From Acidobacteriota bacterium (lineage in GTDB: Bacteria > Acidobacteriota > CAIWXX01): a stretch of DNA of 64,000 nucleotides. Positions within the stretch are counted from its first letter, which is position 1; each line of letters opens with the position of its first letter. The stretch spans positions 32,001 to 96,000 of the forward strand of contig JBFMAF010000049.1 of NCBI GenBank assembly GCA_040755995.1. Reading direction: 5' to 3'. This document shows positions 8,646 through 17,568 of the stretch, piece by piece. The position numbers were made by a program, and so were the translations under genes. Below the pieces are notes generated by a model. That model was not told the origin of the DNA. It saw only the letters and a program-made list of their open reading frames with translations, and made no database searches.

Positions 8646-11600
8646 TCAGTCCACGGCGCTGGACATGGCGCGCGCCTGTTCGAGCAACGGGGCGTAGTCA
8701 TGCCTCAGGAGGATGCTGTTCTGGATGGCGTGCCCCAGCTTCTCCGCGGCTTGCCTGGCGCATTCCGCCTTCACTACCGTTTGAGGCTGGGACCGCGCCC
8801 GCAGCAACTCCAACGTTCCGGCGATAGCCATCGCCTCCCACTGCCGCCGGTGCGCCTCGGTCGATCGCGCAGATGCGGCCAGGCCTTCGCGGATGTCCTT
8901 TTCCGGATGGAGGCCCTTGGTGAGGTCATACTCGGCCTTCCAGCGGTACAGGGTGGCGACCAGCGCATCCAAGCCGCCGTCGAGAGGGTTCAGCCTGAGC
9001 GCCGCCTGAAGATGATCGAGTGCGGATCGGAACGCGGGCTCCGGCGAACGGCCTGATTTCATAGCCCATCTGCCCGCGACGGTCTCCAGGATGGCGGCCT
9101 GCTGATGCGGCTGGTAGGCGGCAGGGGCTATCTCGATGGCTCTCTTGAGCGCCCGCCTCCCGGCCTCCAGGGAATCGCTTGGACTTCGATTCCTCTCAAG
9201 CTCACACTCCGCCTTGCACGCATTCATGCCGATCATCTCCGTGTGCATTTCCTGGAGGAGAGGCGCCGAGCCGGAAGCCGAATGCAGGCGGGAATCGGCC
9301 TGCTGCAGGAACGGTGTAGGATCCTCGCCCGTGGCGAGCGCGATCCGAGCCATGCGCGAGTAGACGATGCCGGTGTATGCCAGCGCATAGGGAAATTCGG
9401 GGCTGAGCCGGAGCGCCTCGGACAAGGCCTCCAGGCTCTGCGAGAGCATCCGCCGCGGATCTCTGCCCTGCTCAGCCTCGTAGTCGGCCTGTGCCATCCG
9501 GATCAGTGCCAGGTTCACATGGCTCATTCTGTTCGTCGGGTCTCCCTCGATCGCCCGCTGCAGGATGAGCGCCGCCTCGGATAGACACGAGGATGGATCC
9601 AGCCCGATCCTCAGCTGATGTTCGCCCAACACCCTCAGCCCATTCCCGAGCCGCTGAATCAGGAAGGGCTCGTTCGGTTCCCTTTCGAGCGCCTTGCGGA
9701 AACTTGAAATGGAAGACTCGAGTTGCGAACGTGCCATCCGGCCATGCTCATGAGCGTAGTATCCGAGGATGAGGCGCGCCATTCCGAGATCCAGGTACGC
9801 CTCGGCGCTGCCCGCATCTCTCTGGATGGCTTGCTTTGCCTGCTCCTCAGCCCGCTCAGAGGACTCTCTGGGATCCCGCCCGGTATCATCGCAGTACTGT
9901 GCCCACCTCCAGAGGACCGCGGACTTGCGCGCGTAGGGTTCCGCGCGATCCGGGTTGCATTGCATGGACGCGTCGCAGGCCCGCAGCGCACCGTCGAACG
10001 CCTCATTGTCCCCTTTGCCTCTGTTGTATTCGGCATAGAGGACCCGCTCCCACGTCCTCGCCTCCGCGTCATGAACCTCCGGATCGCTCCTGAAGATCTC
10101 CTGGCACACTCGATAACTCCCGATCGCCTGCCGGTAATCGGCCATGCTTCCGTTATGATCGCCCTTGTTCATGCGGTGGAGTCCCCTTGAGGAGTAGGCG
10201 TCGCCGGCGAGTTTCCGGGCGTCCGTCAACCAGGGACAAGCCGCATGCGCTTTCGCTGCCTTCGCGATGCATGACTCGTATCGGCCTTCGTATAGGTCGA
10301 TCAGGCCTTCGACGTACTCAGTGGAGACTCCCGGCTGGCCGGCGCTCGCTTTCAGGTAGGCGAGGGCCGGGTCGCGGTACCGTGATTGGGCATCCCGAAC
10401 GGCCTTCTCTCTCAACTGGGAGCTACCAGCGCGTTGGGCCTTCTCCAGCGCGCGCTGGTATTGGGCGCCGAGGGCCAGACCGAGGTTATATCCAAGCTCC
10501 GCCTCGCGGTATCCCCGGTCCCAGGCTCTCTCGAGAGAGTCGTACGCTTCGTCGTGCTCGTGAAGCAGCAGATGCGCTTTGCCCAGCGCGGCGTAGCCGG
10601 GGCCCTCGGCGAGCTTCCCGTCCACGCTCATCGAGCTCTCGATCTGCCTCAGGAGCTCCAGCACTCGCGCCCTCTCCGGACGGATGTCGTGCCGCGGGCG
10701 CATGTAGGCCGTGCGCATCGTCAGCTCGATCTCCTTGGCGCGCTGGCCGTATACCTGCGCGTAACCGGCGATGGCATCGGACTTCCACCGTGAGTAGAGG
10801 CCGGTTCCGAGAAGAAACAGTAGAATCATTGAAGCTGCTCCCGTGACTGCAAGCAGCGCCTTGTGCCGCTTCGCCTTCTTCTGCAGCCTGTGCCAGACCG
10901 AAGAACGGCGCGCCAGAATCGGCTCGCCGACCAGGAACCGTCCCAGTTCGTCGGCCAGCGCCTTAGCCGATTGATAGCGGCGGTCGGGCCCCTTTTCGAC
11001 GCACTTCATCACGATCGTCTCGATGTCCAGGGGGATTGTCGCGTCGATGCTGCGGAGCGGCTCCGGATCCCGCTCCGCCACGCTCCCTAAGATTGACATC
11101 GGCGGGCCTTCAAACATCGGCCTGCCGGTCAAGATCTCGTAGAGCGTCGCGCCGAGACTGTAGACATCGCTTCTGATATCCACTTGGCTCCATGCGCCCG
11201 ACGCCTGCTCCGGCGACATATACGCCGGTGTCCCCATGACGACACCTGTCGTCGTCATCCCGGGAGACGCGACGTCGCGCACGAGGCCGAAATCCATGAC
11301 GTACGGTTTCCATGTACCATCCTCCGCCCGCTCCACCATGATGTTGGTGGGCTTGAGGTCGCGGTGGATCAGACCGAGGCGATGCGCCGCGTTTACGGCT
11401 TCCGCCACCTGTTTCATCATGGTGACTCTCTGTTCGAGGGTCAGGCATCGAGCCGCCTGGGCGAGCGTCTGGCCGCTGATGTATTGCATGGCGATGTAGT
11501 GCCTGCCCTGCACCTCACCGACTTCATAGACTCTGCAGATGTGCTCGTGTTGCACCTGCGCCTGGGCCCGAGCCTCCTGCAGGAACCGCTCCACCTGCCG

Positions 11601-12047
11601 CTGATCATCGCCTCGCAGGAACTTCAACGCCACCGGGCGCTTCAGCACCGGGTCCACCGCCTTGTAGACTCGTCCCATGCCTCCTTCGGCAATGAACTCG
11701 ACGAGCTCGTAGCGGTCCCACCCAGCGATGAAGGCCCCCTTGTTATCGCCAGCAGAAAACCCATGAGGCACCCCGGTCCGCGCGGCGTCTGAGGTGAGAC
11801 CCGCGCCATCCTCCGATCCGCCCGCGAGGGCCGCCATCTCGCGCCGAAGCTGCACCATCCCCTGTTCAGCCGCCTTCTCAATGGGCGCATCAGGCACCTC
11901 GTGGCACGCCAGCAGCTCCTCTACTTCCTTCAAGAGGAACTCGTCCCCAGCGCATTCCTCGCGGAGGAATGCCAGGCGATCAGCGGAATCGATCTCTGCG
12001 GCCTTCTCGAATATCTCTTTGACGCGCCGCCAGCGTTCAGGTGTCAT
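8646..12047 (-). CDS. Hanks-type Ser/Thr protein kinase with transmembrane helix and TPR repeats
   Basis: MTPERWRRVKEIF N-terminus typical of ECF-associated kinases; EGGMGRVY, VALK, HRDLKPTN, DFGL, GTPAYMSPEQ, SDVYSLG; hydrophobic helix, then a long TPR-like region. Confidence 0.92.
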   Translation of the reverse strand: MTPERWRRVKEIFEKAAEIDSADRLAFLREECAGDEFLLKEVEELLACHEVPDAPIEKAAEQGMVQLRREMAALAGGSEDGAGLTSDAARTGVPHGFSAGDNKGAFIAGWDRYELVEFIAEGGMGRVYKAVDPVLKRPVALKFLRGDDQRQVERFLQEARAQAQVQHEHICRVYEVGEVQGRHYIAMQYISGQTLAQAARCLTLEQRVTMMKQVAEAVNAAHRLGLIHRDLKPTNIMVERAEDGTWKPYVMDFGLVRDVASPGMTTTGVVMGTPAYMSPEQASGAWSQVDIRSDVYSLGATLYEILTGRPMFEGPPMSILGSVAERDPEPLRSIDATIPLDIETIVMKCVEKGPDRRYQSAKALADELGRFLVGEPILARRSSVWHRLQKKAKRHKALLAVTGAASMILLFLLGTGLYSRWKSDAIAGYAQVYGQRAKEIELTMRTAYMRPRHDIRPERARVLELLRQIESSMSVDGKLAEGPGYAALGKAHLLLHEHDEAYDSLERAWDRGYREAELGYNLGLALGAQYQRALEKAQRAGSSQLREKAVRDAQSRYRDPALAYLKASAGQPGVSTEYVEGLIDLYEGRYESCIAKAAKAHAACPWLTDARKLAGDAYSSRGLHRMNKGDHNGSMADYRQAIGSYRVCQEIFRSDPEVHDAEARTWERVLYAEYNRGKGDNEAFDGALRACDASMQCNPDRAEPYARKSAVLWRWAQYCDDTGRDPRESSERAEEQAKQAIQRDAGSAEAYLDLGMARLILGYYAHEHGRMARSQLESSISSFRKALEREPNEPFLIQRLGNGLRVLGEHQLRIGLDPSSCLSEAALILQRAIEGDPTNRMSHVNLALIRMAQADYEAEQGRDPRRMLSQSLEALSEALRLSPEFPYALAYTGIVYSRMARIALATGEDPTPFLQQADSRLHSASGSAPLLQEMHTEMIGMNACKAECELERNRSPSDSLEAGRRALKRAIEIAPAAYQPHQQAAILETVAGRWAMKSGRSPEPAFRSALDHLQAALRLNPLDGGLDALVATLYRWKAEYDLTKGLHPEKDIREGLAASARSTEAHRRQWEAMAIAGTLELLRARSQPQTVVKAECARQAAEKLGHAIQNSILLRHDYAPLLEQARAMSSAVD

Positions 12048-12357
12048 CGTTGCGCCTCTTCCAAGACTCGGCCCGAGCACGTCGATTCTTCCGTGGACTG
12101 GACGTCCTGCTTGCCGCTGAGTATACCACGATCCATGTGGGCGACACCGTCGGGGAAAGGCAGATCAGGCTGAAAGGCAGGAGGTGGGCGGGTCGGCGTT
12201 CGAATCCCGGCCAGGAGTCGGCGCGGCTGCAGCAGATGGGTGTCCGGTCAGCGCAATCCGGATGATTGAACCTACTGTCGGTATTGACTCGACGGAACTC
12301 GAGCAGTCGGCAGAGAGTGTAGACCGGCGGGCATCACCAGGACTGGAACCACGAGCC

Positions 12358-12392
12358 CTGGCGAGGCGCATTCAGCGGCCACGCCTCGCCAG
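12358..12392. terminator. 11-bp perfect stem-loop downstream of the 12429-13280 gene
   Basis: CTGGCGAGGCG ... CGCCTCGCCAG. No U-tract, so terminator function is uncertain. Confidence 0.4.
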
Positions 12393-12428
12393 TCTCGGTC
12401 GTGTCTCTGATTTCAGTCTCCGTTGTGA

Positions 12429-13280
12429 TCACACCCTCCGGCCATCCACGGGGAGCGTGTCGGAGCCGGCGAGCCCGGGGGCAACGGTCGGAGCGGCTGA
12501 CGGGCCAGCGGCACCGCCAGGGAGTCCTGGATCGCTTCGTCCTATCGTTGGAAACCCACCCATCATACCCGGAAGAGCGATTGCTCCCATCCCGGCTGAC
12601 AGACCGGCCTGGGGCATTGGGTCCACATCGCCGCCGGACTGAGTGCCGCCGGGTCCCGCGGTGCCGGGCCGCGGAATCGGCGCACGACCTCCTGTCCCGC
12701 TCAGACCCTCCCGCCGTTCTGCCGAACCACTCAGCACTTCCTCCACCGCTTTCTCGTCAGCAGGGCCGCCATGCAGATCCTCCGGTTCCACTCCCCCTTG
12801 CCCGCTCTCAGACCCGTCGGGCAGGTCATCCAACTCCTTCATCTGCGCCACGTCATCGGAACTGTTGTCGCCAGAGGCGCCGACGAGTTCCTCCACTCCT
12901 CGATCGGTGTCGCTGCGCGAGTCTTCCGGAGCTATACCGTCCTGGGCGGTATCCTCCGGTCCACCTTCCAGCTCCTCGCCTTCCACACCTGCTCCTGCAT
13001 CGTCAATCTCGTCCAGCTTCTCGCCAACCGCTGGAGCTCCCTTGGCAAAAGCGGGCGCACCGCGTGCGAAGTCGCCGAAGAAATTCGTCTTGGGCCTCTC
13101 GAAGTAGTCCCCGCCGTTCGGTGCCCTCACACCCCCACCTGTGGGCCGGTGGTTGTTGTTGATAGTGACGCCGACCGCGTCAGCCGCTCGGCTACCGCCT
13201 TTGACCTTCGTCGGGTCCACATGCAAGTGACTGTTGTTGATTGTAACCGCGATTGGCATACTGCCGTTGATCCTTGTCAT
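12429..13280 (-). CDS. Hypothetical low-complexity Gly/Asp/Glu/Pro-rich protein
   Basis: Strong RBS (AAGGAGGAG) before the ATG; 283 aa; repeated VTINN motif at the N-terminus; acidic, probably disordered middle. Confidence 0.65.
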   Translation of the reverse strand: MTRINGSMPIAVTINNSHLHVDPTKVKGGSRAADAVGVTINNNHRPTGGGVRAPNGGDYFERPKTNFFGDFARGAPAFAKGAPAVGEKLDEIDDAGAGVEGEELEGGPEDTAQDGIAPEDSRSDTDRGVEELVGASGDNSSDDVAQMKELDDLPDGSESGQGGVEPEDLHGGPADEKAVEEVLSGSAERREGLSGTGGRAPIPRPGTAGPGGTQSGGDVDPMPQAGLSAGMGAIALPGMMGGFPTIGRSDPGLPGGAAGPSAAPTVAPGLAGSDTLPVDGRRV

Positions 13281-13572
13281 GGTGTTCTCCTCCTTGAAAC
13301 CATTGACCTGCTGCCTTTCCGCGCCAGAATCATGAGCCGCCGGCCGGGTGTCCGGCTCGCCCGCCGCTGGCTCGCCTCACTTACCAAAGCGACAGCCGAG
13401 GCCGAAGTGGCTCAGGAAACCCGGCTGATGCAGAGACGCGGGCTGCGCAGCGCGACGGACGCGGCGATGTGGAGAGGGCTAGACTCGCCCACCAGCCTTC
13501 ATAGGCGGATCAGGGGTCCATAGGTGTCTGTCTATCTGTCTATTCCCCGCCATCCTCGTACTGCGAAGGGCA

Positions 13573-13581
13573 TGCTATACT
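13573..13581 (+). promoter_or_regulatory. Extended -10 promoter (TGcTATACT) for the ECF sigma gene
   Basis: TGCTATACT about 32 bp upstream of the GTG start. Confidence 0.5.
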
Positions 13582-13612
13582 CGGCGCGGGATTGCCAATC
13601 CCGGAGGGACAG

Positions 13613-14191
13613 GTGGAGACGCCGCGCGAGCTCACCCAGGCACTGAATGACTGGATCAAGGGTGATCGGGATGCCCTCGCTGAATTCATGCCGGTCGTAT
13701 ACAACGAATTGCGCCGGATGGCGCGCCGTGCGCTCCGCGGCGAGCGTCCCCACCACACGCTGCAAGCCACGGCAGTGGTGAACGAGGTCTACTTACGGCT
13801 CGTCGGGCTGCGCCGCGTCAACTGGCAGAACCGGGCACACTTTTTCGCGATCGCGGCCGACATGATGCGGCGGATCCTGGTCGACTATGCGCGCACGCGC
13901 AATCGGGCGAAGCGAGGAGGTGGTGTGGAGCCTGTCTCGTTGGACGTCTCGATTGTCGTTGCCGAACAGGCGGGCCTGGACGTGATGGCGCTGGACGAAG
14001 CGCTCCGGGAGCTTGCCGGACTGGATCCGCGGCAAGGCCGCATCGTCGAGTTGCGGTTCTTCGCCGGGCTTGCGAACGAGGAGATCGCCGAGGTCATGGG
14101 TATCTCGGTGGCCATGGTGAAGCGCGAGTGGGTGACAGCCCGTGCGTGGCTGCACCGGCGTCTCCTCGGCATTCCTGTGCGGCAAGTCTGA
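13613..14191 (+). CDS. ECF sigma-70 factor, TIGR02999 / kinase-associated type
   Basis: VYNELRRMA, HTLQATAVVNEVYLRL, WQNRAHFFAIAA, MRRILVDYAR, VELRFFAGL, VKREW..ARAWL. GGAGG RBS before GTG 13613. Confidence 0.92.
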   Translation: METPRELTQALNDWIKGDRDALAEFMPVVYNELRRMARRALRGERPHHTLQATAVVNEVYLRLVGLRRVNWQNRAHFFAIAADMMRRILVDYARTRNRAKRGGGVEPVSLDVSIVVAEQAGLDVMALDEALRELAGLDPRQGRIVELRFFAGLANEEIAEVMGISVAMVKREWVTARAWLHRRLLGIPVRQV

Positions 14192-14269
14192 CAACGCGTG
14201 GGCCTCTGCACGACGCCTGAGCGCTGGCTGAGAGTGATGTAGGTACTCGATGCGGTGGTGCCTATTGTT

Positions 14270-15409
14270 CTACCAGTTCTCGGGGGCGTCTCCCAGCAGT
14301 CCGTCGCAGGTGAGGAGTTGCGGGCCGTTCGCTGTGCAGACGGCGTATCGCGCCGGCTTGCCTCCGTACGAGCCGTACATGCTCACGCCGGCGTGCTCAC
14401 CGCTGCGGCTGAGCACGTAGAAGCTCAGGCCGAACGCGGGATCACCCTGCCTGTTCTGAAGCCGCCTCTCGACCGTGTTGGCCCTGACACGCCGGAGCGC
14501 GTCCATGCCGGCGTCCTTGGGATGCATCCCGCGCCGCATGTTCTCGACAATCAGGAAGGACGACAGGTTGTACAGGTTGGCTTCGCCGCGTCCCGTCGAT
14601 CCGGCGGCTCCGACGTCATTGTCGACGTATAGTCCCGCGCCGATGATCGGCGAATCGCCGACGCGGCCGGGTATCTTCCAGGCGAGCCCGCTCGTGGTGG
14701 TGACGCCGGCCAGATCGCCGTTCGCGTTCACTCCGTCGCAGTTGATCGTTCCCCAGAGGTGGCGATGGTCGATGAGGCCTTCGGCCACCATCTGCAACCC
14801 GATGCGATAGAACTCGGCCGAACGCTTCGCCGGGTCAAGGTAGTGCTTCGGGTCGATCCGGCGCTTCCACTCGAGCCACAGCTTCCGCGAGTGCTCCGTG
14901 TTCAGGTCCGCTTCGATCGTGAACCCCATATTTCGTGCGAACGACTGGGCGCCGGCGCCGACAAGGAGTATGTGATCCGTGTTCTCCATCACGGCCCTGG
15001 CCACAAGCGACGGTGTGCGGACTCCTTCCAGCGCCGCCACTCCACCCGCAAGACGCTTCGGCCCGTGCATGCAACAGGCGTCCAGCTGCACGACACCGTC
15101 GGCGTTGGGAAGCCCGCCGTAGCCCACGCTGTCTTCCTCGGGATCCAGCTCGACGATGTTCACCCCCGCAACGAGCGAGTCCAGGACGTCGTCGCCCTGG
15201 GTGATCCGCAGAAAGGCCTCCTCCACGCCCGTCCTCGGGCCGCCGTTCTTGAATTCGTGGCCGTTGGCGCTTGCGATCACCACCGGCCTGGCGCTCTTCG
15301 GCATGTGTACCACCGGTGCTTCGGCACCGGCAAGCGGACCGGCAATGGCGGCGCCGATCGCAGCACCAGCTCTCTTTCCGAAGTCACGGCGTGTCAGTGT
15401 GTCACTCAT
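14270..15409 (-). CDS. N(4)-(beta-N-acetylglucosaminyl)-L-asparaginase / Asparaginase_2 family, Tat-exported
   Basis: Tat motif TRRDFGK; SVGYGGLPN, LDAC, GTIN nucleophile, TTTSGLAWKIPGRVGDSPIIGAG, TGRGE. Confidence 0.9.
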   Translation of the reverse strand: MSDTLTRRDFGKRAGAAIGAAIAGPLAGAEAPVVHMPKSARPVVIASANGHEFKNGGPRTGVEEAFLRITQGDDVLDSLVAGVNIVELDPEEDSVGYGGLPNADGVVQLDACCMHGPKRLAGGVAALEGVRTPSLVARAVMENTDHILLVGAGAQSFARNMGFTIEADLNTEHSRKLWLEWKRRIDPKHYLDPAKRSAEFYRIGLQMVAEGLIDHRHLWGTINCDGVNANGDLAGVTTTSGLAWKIPGRVGDSPIIGAGLYVDNDVGAAGSTGRGEANLYNLSSFLIVENMRRGMHPKDAGMDALRRVRANTVERRLQNRQGDPAFGLSFYVLSRSGEHAGVSMYGSYGGKPARYAVCTANGPQLLTCDGLLGDAPENW

Positions 15410-16128
15410 ATTGTGCCTGCTCCTTCCGTCGCACTCTCCGCCGATCCCCGCGGCCGCGCCGCAAGCATGCCGTCTTCGAGACAAAGCACGCGAGAGCAGC
15501 GATCCGCGAGCCTCTCGTTGTGCGTGACGATAACCGTTGTGAGTCCCCCGCGCGAGTGGAGTGCCTGGATCGTGTCCATTACGGCGAGCGCCGTGCGCGT
15601 GTCGAGGTTGCCGGTCGGTTCGTCAGCCAGCAAGATGCGTGGGCTCATGATGAGCGCCCGCGCAATGGCAACCCTCTGCTGTTCACCTCCGGAGAGCTCC
15701 GATGGGTGATGCCTCGCCCGCGCCTCGAGCCCGACCGTCCGCAAAGCCTCCTCCGCCCTCTCCATCGACTCCTTCCGGCTCCTCCTCGCGATCATGGCCG
15801 GCATCATCACGTTCTCTATTGCCGTGAACTCCGGCAACAGGAAATGGAATTGGAAAACGAAGCCGATCTCTTTGTTGCGGAAGTCCGCTCGGGCGTCGGG
15901 GGCCATGGCCGACAGCTCATGACCGAGTATCAGGACGCGGCCTCGGTCGGGATGGTCGAGTCCGCCTACGAGGTGCAACAGCGTCGATTTGCCGGCTCCG
16001 GACGGCCCCATCACCGCGAGGATCTCGCCCATCCGGGCCTCCATCTCCAGCCGCTCGAATACAGGCACCGGGCCCGCGGCAGGATGGTACGTCTTGGCCA
16101 GATCCGAGACTGAGATTGAAATGGTCAT
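15406..16128 (-). CDS. lolD: Lipoprotein-releasing ABC transporter ATP-binding protein
   Basis: GPSGAGKSTLL, IGFVFQFHFLLPEF, LSGGEQQRVAIARAL, ADEPTGNLD, VTH; coupled to the lolC/E gene. Confidence 0.85.
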   Translation of the reverse strand: MTISISVSDLAKTYHPAAGPVPVFERLEMEARMGEILAVMGPSGAGKSTLLHLVGGLDHPDRGRVLILGHELSAMAPDARADFRNKEIGFVFQFHFLLPEFTAIENVMMPAMIARRSRKESMERAEEALRTVGLEARARHHPSELSGGEQQRVAIARALIMSPRILLADEPTGNLDTRTALAVMDTIQALHSRGGLTTVIVTHNERLADRCSRVLCLEDGMLAARPRGSAESATEGAGTI

Positions 16129-17357
16129 TCGTATCGTATTGCTTCGGACGGGTCGAGGCGCGCGGCGCGCCGGCTGGGGAAGATGGTAGCGGCCAGGGTG
16201 ATGAGGAATGCCACACCGGCGATCGCCAGAACGTCGATGGCCCTCACCTTGAAGGGGACGTAAGGAATCTGGTAGATGTCGACCGGGATCTTGATCACCT
16301 GGTATTCGTTGAAGAGGTGGCAGGTCACGAGTCCGAGCAGGACTCCCATCAGGATACCCGCGCATCCGATCGTAACTCCATGGTAGAGGAAGACCTTCAG
16401 GATCGACCGGCGGCGGGCGCCCATGGACATGAGGATGGCGATGTCACGATTCTTCTCCATCACCATCAGGATGATCGTCGATATGATATTGAAGCTGGCC
16501 ACCAGCACGATCAGGGAGATGGTGCTGAAGAGCACGGTCTTCTCGATCTTGAGTGCCGAGAAGAGCGGCCGGTTGAGCTCCATCCAGGTCATCACGTAGA
16601 AATTGTGTCCGACGGCATCGCGGAGGCGGTCGCCGACCTCGGCGGCGGCATAGATGTCGTCGACGCGGACCTCGATGTACGTGCAGCGGCCCTCGATGTC
16701 GAAGAGGCGCTGGGCCACGTCCAGCGTTATGACCGCCGAGTTGGAGTCGTAGTCGTAGATGCCGGTGGAGTATATGCCACTGACGGTGAACCTCCGTACG
16801 GCCGGCAGGCTCCCGAACGGTGTAGTGTGCCCTCTAGGCACGTACACCTCGATAGCGTCACCTGGTGTGGTGCCCAGTGTGGACGCGAGCTCCTTTCCCA
16901 GCAACACGCCGGGGCGCGGGCCCGCGCTGGCCAGCTTCAGCGCGGCCAGGCTGCCCTGGATTATCTGCCTTCCGAGCTCGGATGCGACCCGGTCATCGCT
17001 CAGGTCGATGCCCTTCAGGAAGACCCCGCTCGTGCGCGTGGCGCTAGCCATCAGCACCGTTCCGTAGCCCACAGGCGTCGCGGAGACGACGTGAGTGGCT
17101 TCCCTGATTTTCTCTACAGCCGTAGAATAATCGGCGATGCCGGCTCCCAGGGCGTCGTACACGAGGACGTGAGCATTGGCGGCAAGGATCTTGCCCCGGA
17201 TCTCGTCGTTGAAGCCGGTGAGGAGGGCCAGCGCGATGACGAGCGCGGTGACGCCGACCGTGATCCCCGCGATGGAGATCATGGTGATGACTGCGATGAA
17301 CGCCTGCTTGCGGCGCGCGAGAAGGTAGCGGCGCGCGACAAACAGCTCGAAGCCCAT
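16125..17357 (-). CDS. Lipoprotein-releasing ABC transporter permease (LolC/LolE family)
   Basis: FELFVARRYL, GITVGV.ALVI, TWMELN, LVASFNII, EK.RDIAIL.SMGA, PSRRAARLDPSEAIRYE. Confidence 0.9.
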   Translation of the reverse strand: MGFELFVARRYLLARRKQAFIAVITMISIAGITVGVTALVIALALLTGFNDEIRGKILAANAHVLVYDALGAGIADYSTAVEKIREATHVVSATPVGYGTVLMASATRTSGVFLKGIDLSDDRVASELGRQIIQGSLAALKLASAGPRPGVLLGKELASTLGTTPGDAIEVYVPRGHTTPFGSLPAVRRFTVSGIYSTGIYDYDSNSAVITLDVAQRLFDIEGRCTYIEVRVDDIYAAAEVGDRLRDAVGHNFYVMTWMELNRPLFSALKIEKTVLFSTISLIVLVASFNIISTIILMVMEKNRDIAILMSMGARRRSILKVFLYHGVTIGCAGILMGVLLGLVTCHLFNEYQVIKIPVDIYQIPYVPFKVRAIDVLAIAGVAFLITLAATIFPSRRAARLDPSEAIRYE

Positions 17358-17426
17358 CGCTTAGTACTGAACGCGTGCCGCGATTGGCAGCACGCAGGCT
17401 CGCGGTGACCACGGGGCTGGGGCGGC

Positions 17427-17510
17427 CGAAACGGAGAATCGGAGAAACGGAGAAACGGGGATGGACGTCAGGCCTTCTCCGTTTCCCCGTTTCACCGTTT
17501 CACCGTTTCG
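17427..17510. repeat. Long inverted repeat built from 8-bp tandem units (GAAACGGA-like / CCGTTTCA-like)
   Basis: 38-bp arms (17427-17464 and 17473-17510) with about 6 mismatches, between lysS and lolC/E. Confidence 0.85.
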
Positions 17511-17568
17511 CACGCGGTAGGCGCCTGGTGGTATCGAGCAAGCTGTGTTGTTCTCCCACGCGCGTAGC

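Noticed and set aside
7487..8701. 404-aa ORF as a real full-length protein
   Set aside because: Its first ~78 codons are off-frame read-through of the kinase end and IPT fragment; the ATPase N-terminus is missing.
12185..12285. tRNA-like GTTCGAATCCC motif
   Set aside because: No acceptor stem, D-arm or anticodon arm could be folded around it; only a T-loop-like word.
1..14200. Prophage or IS element explaining the rearranged region
   Set aside because: No integrase, transposase, terminal inverted repeats or phage structural genes were recognised.
17427..17510. CRISPR array
   Set aside because: Units are 8 bp with no spacers, and there are no cas genes in the window.
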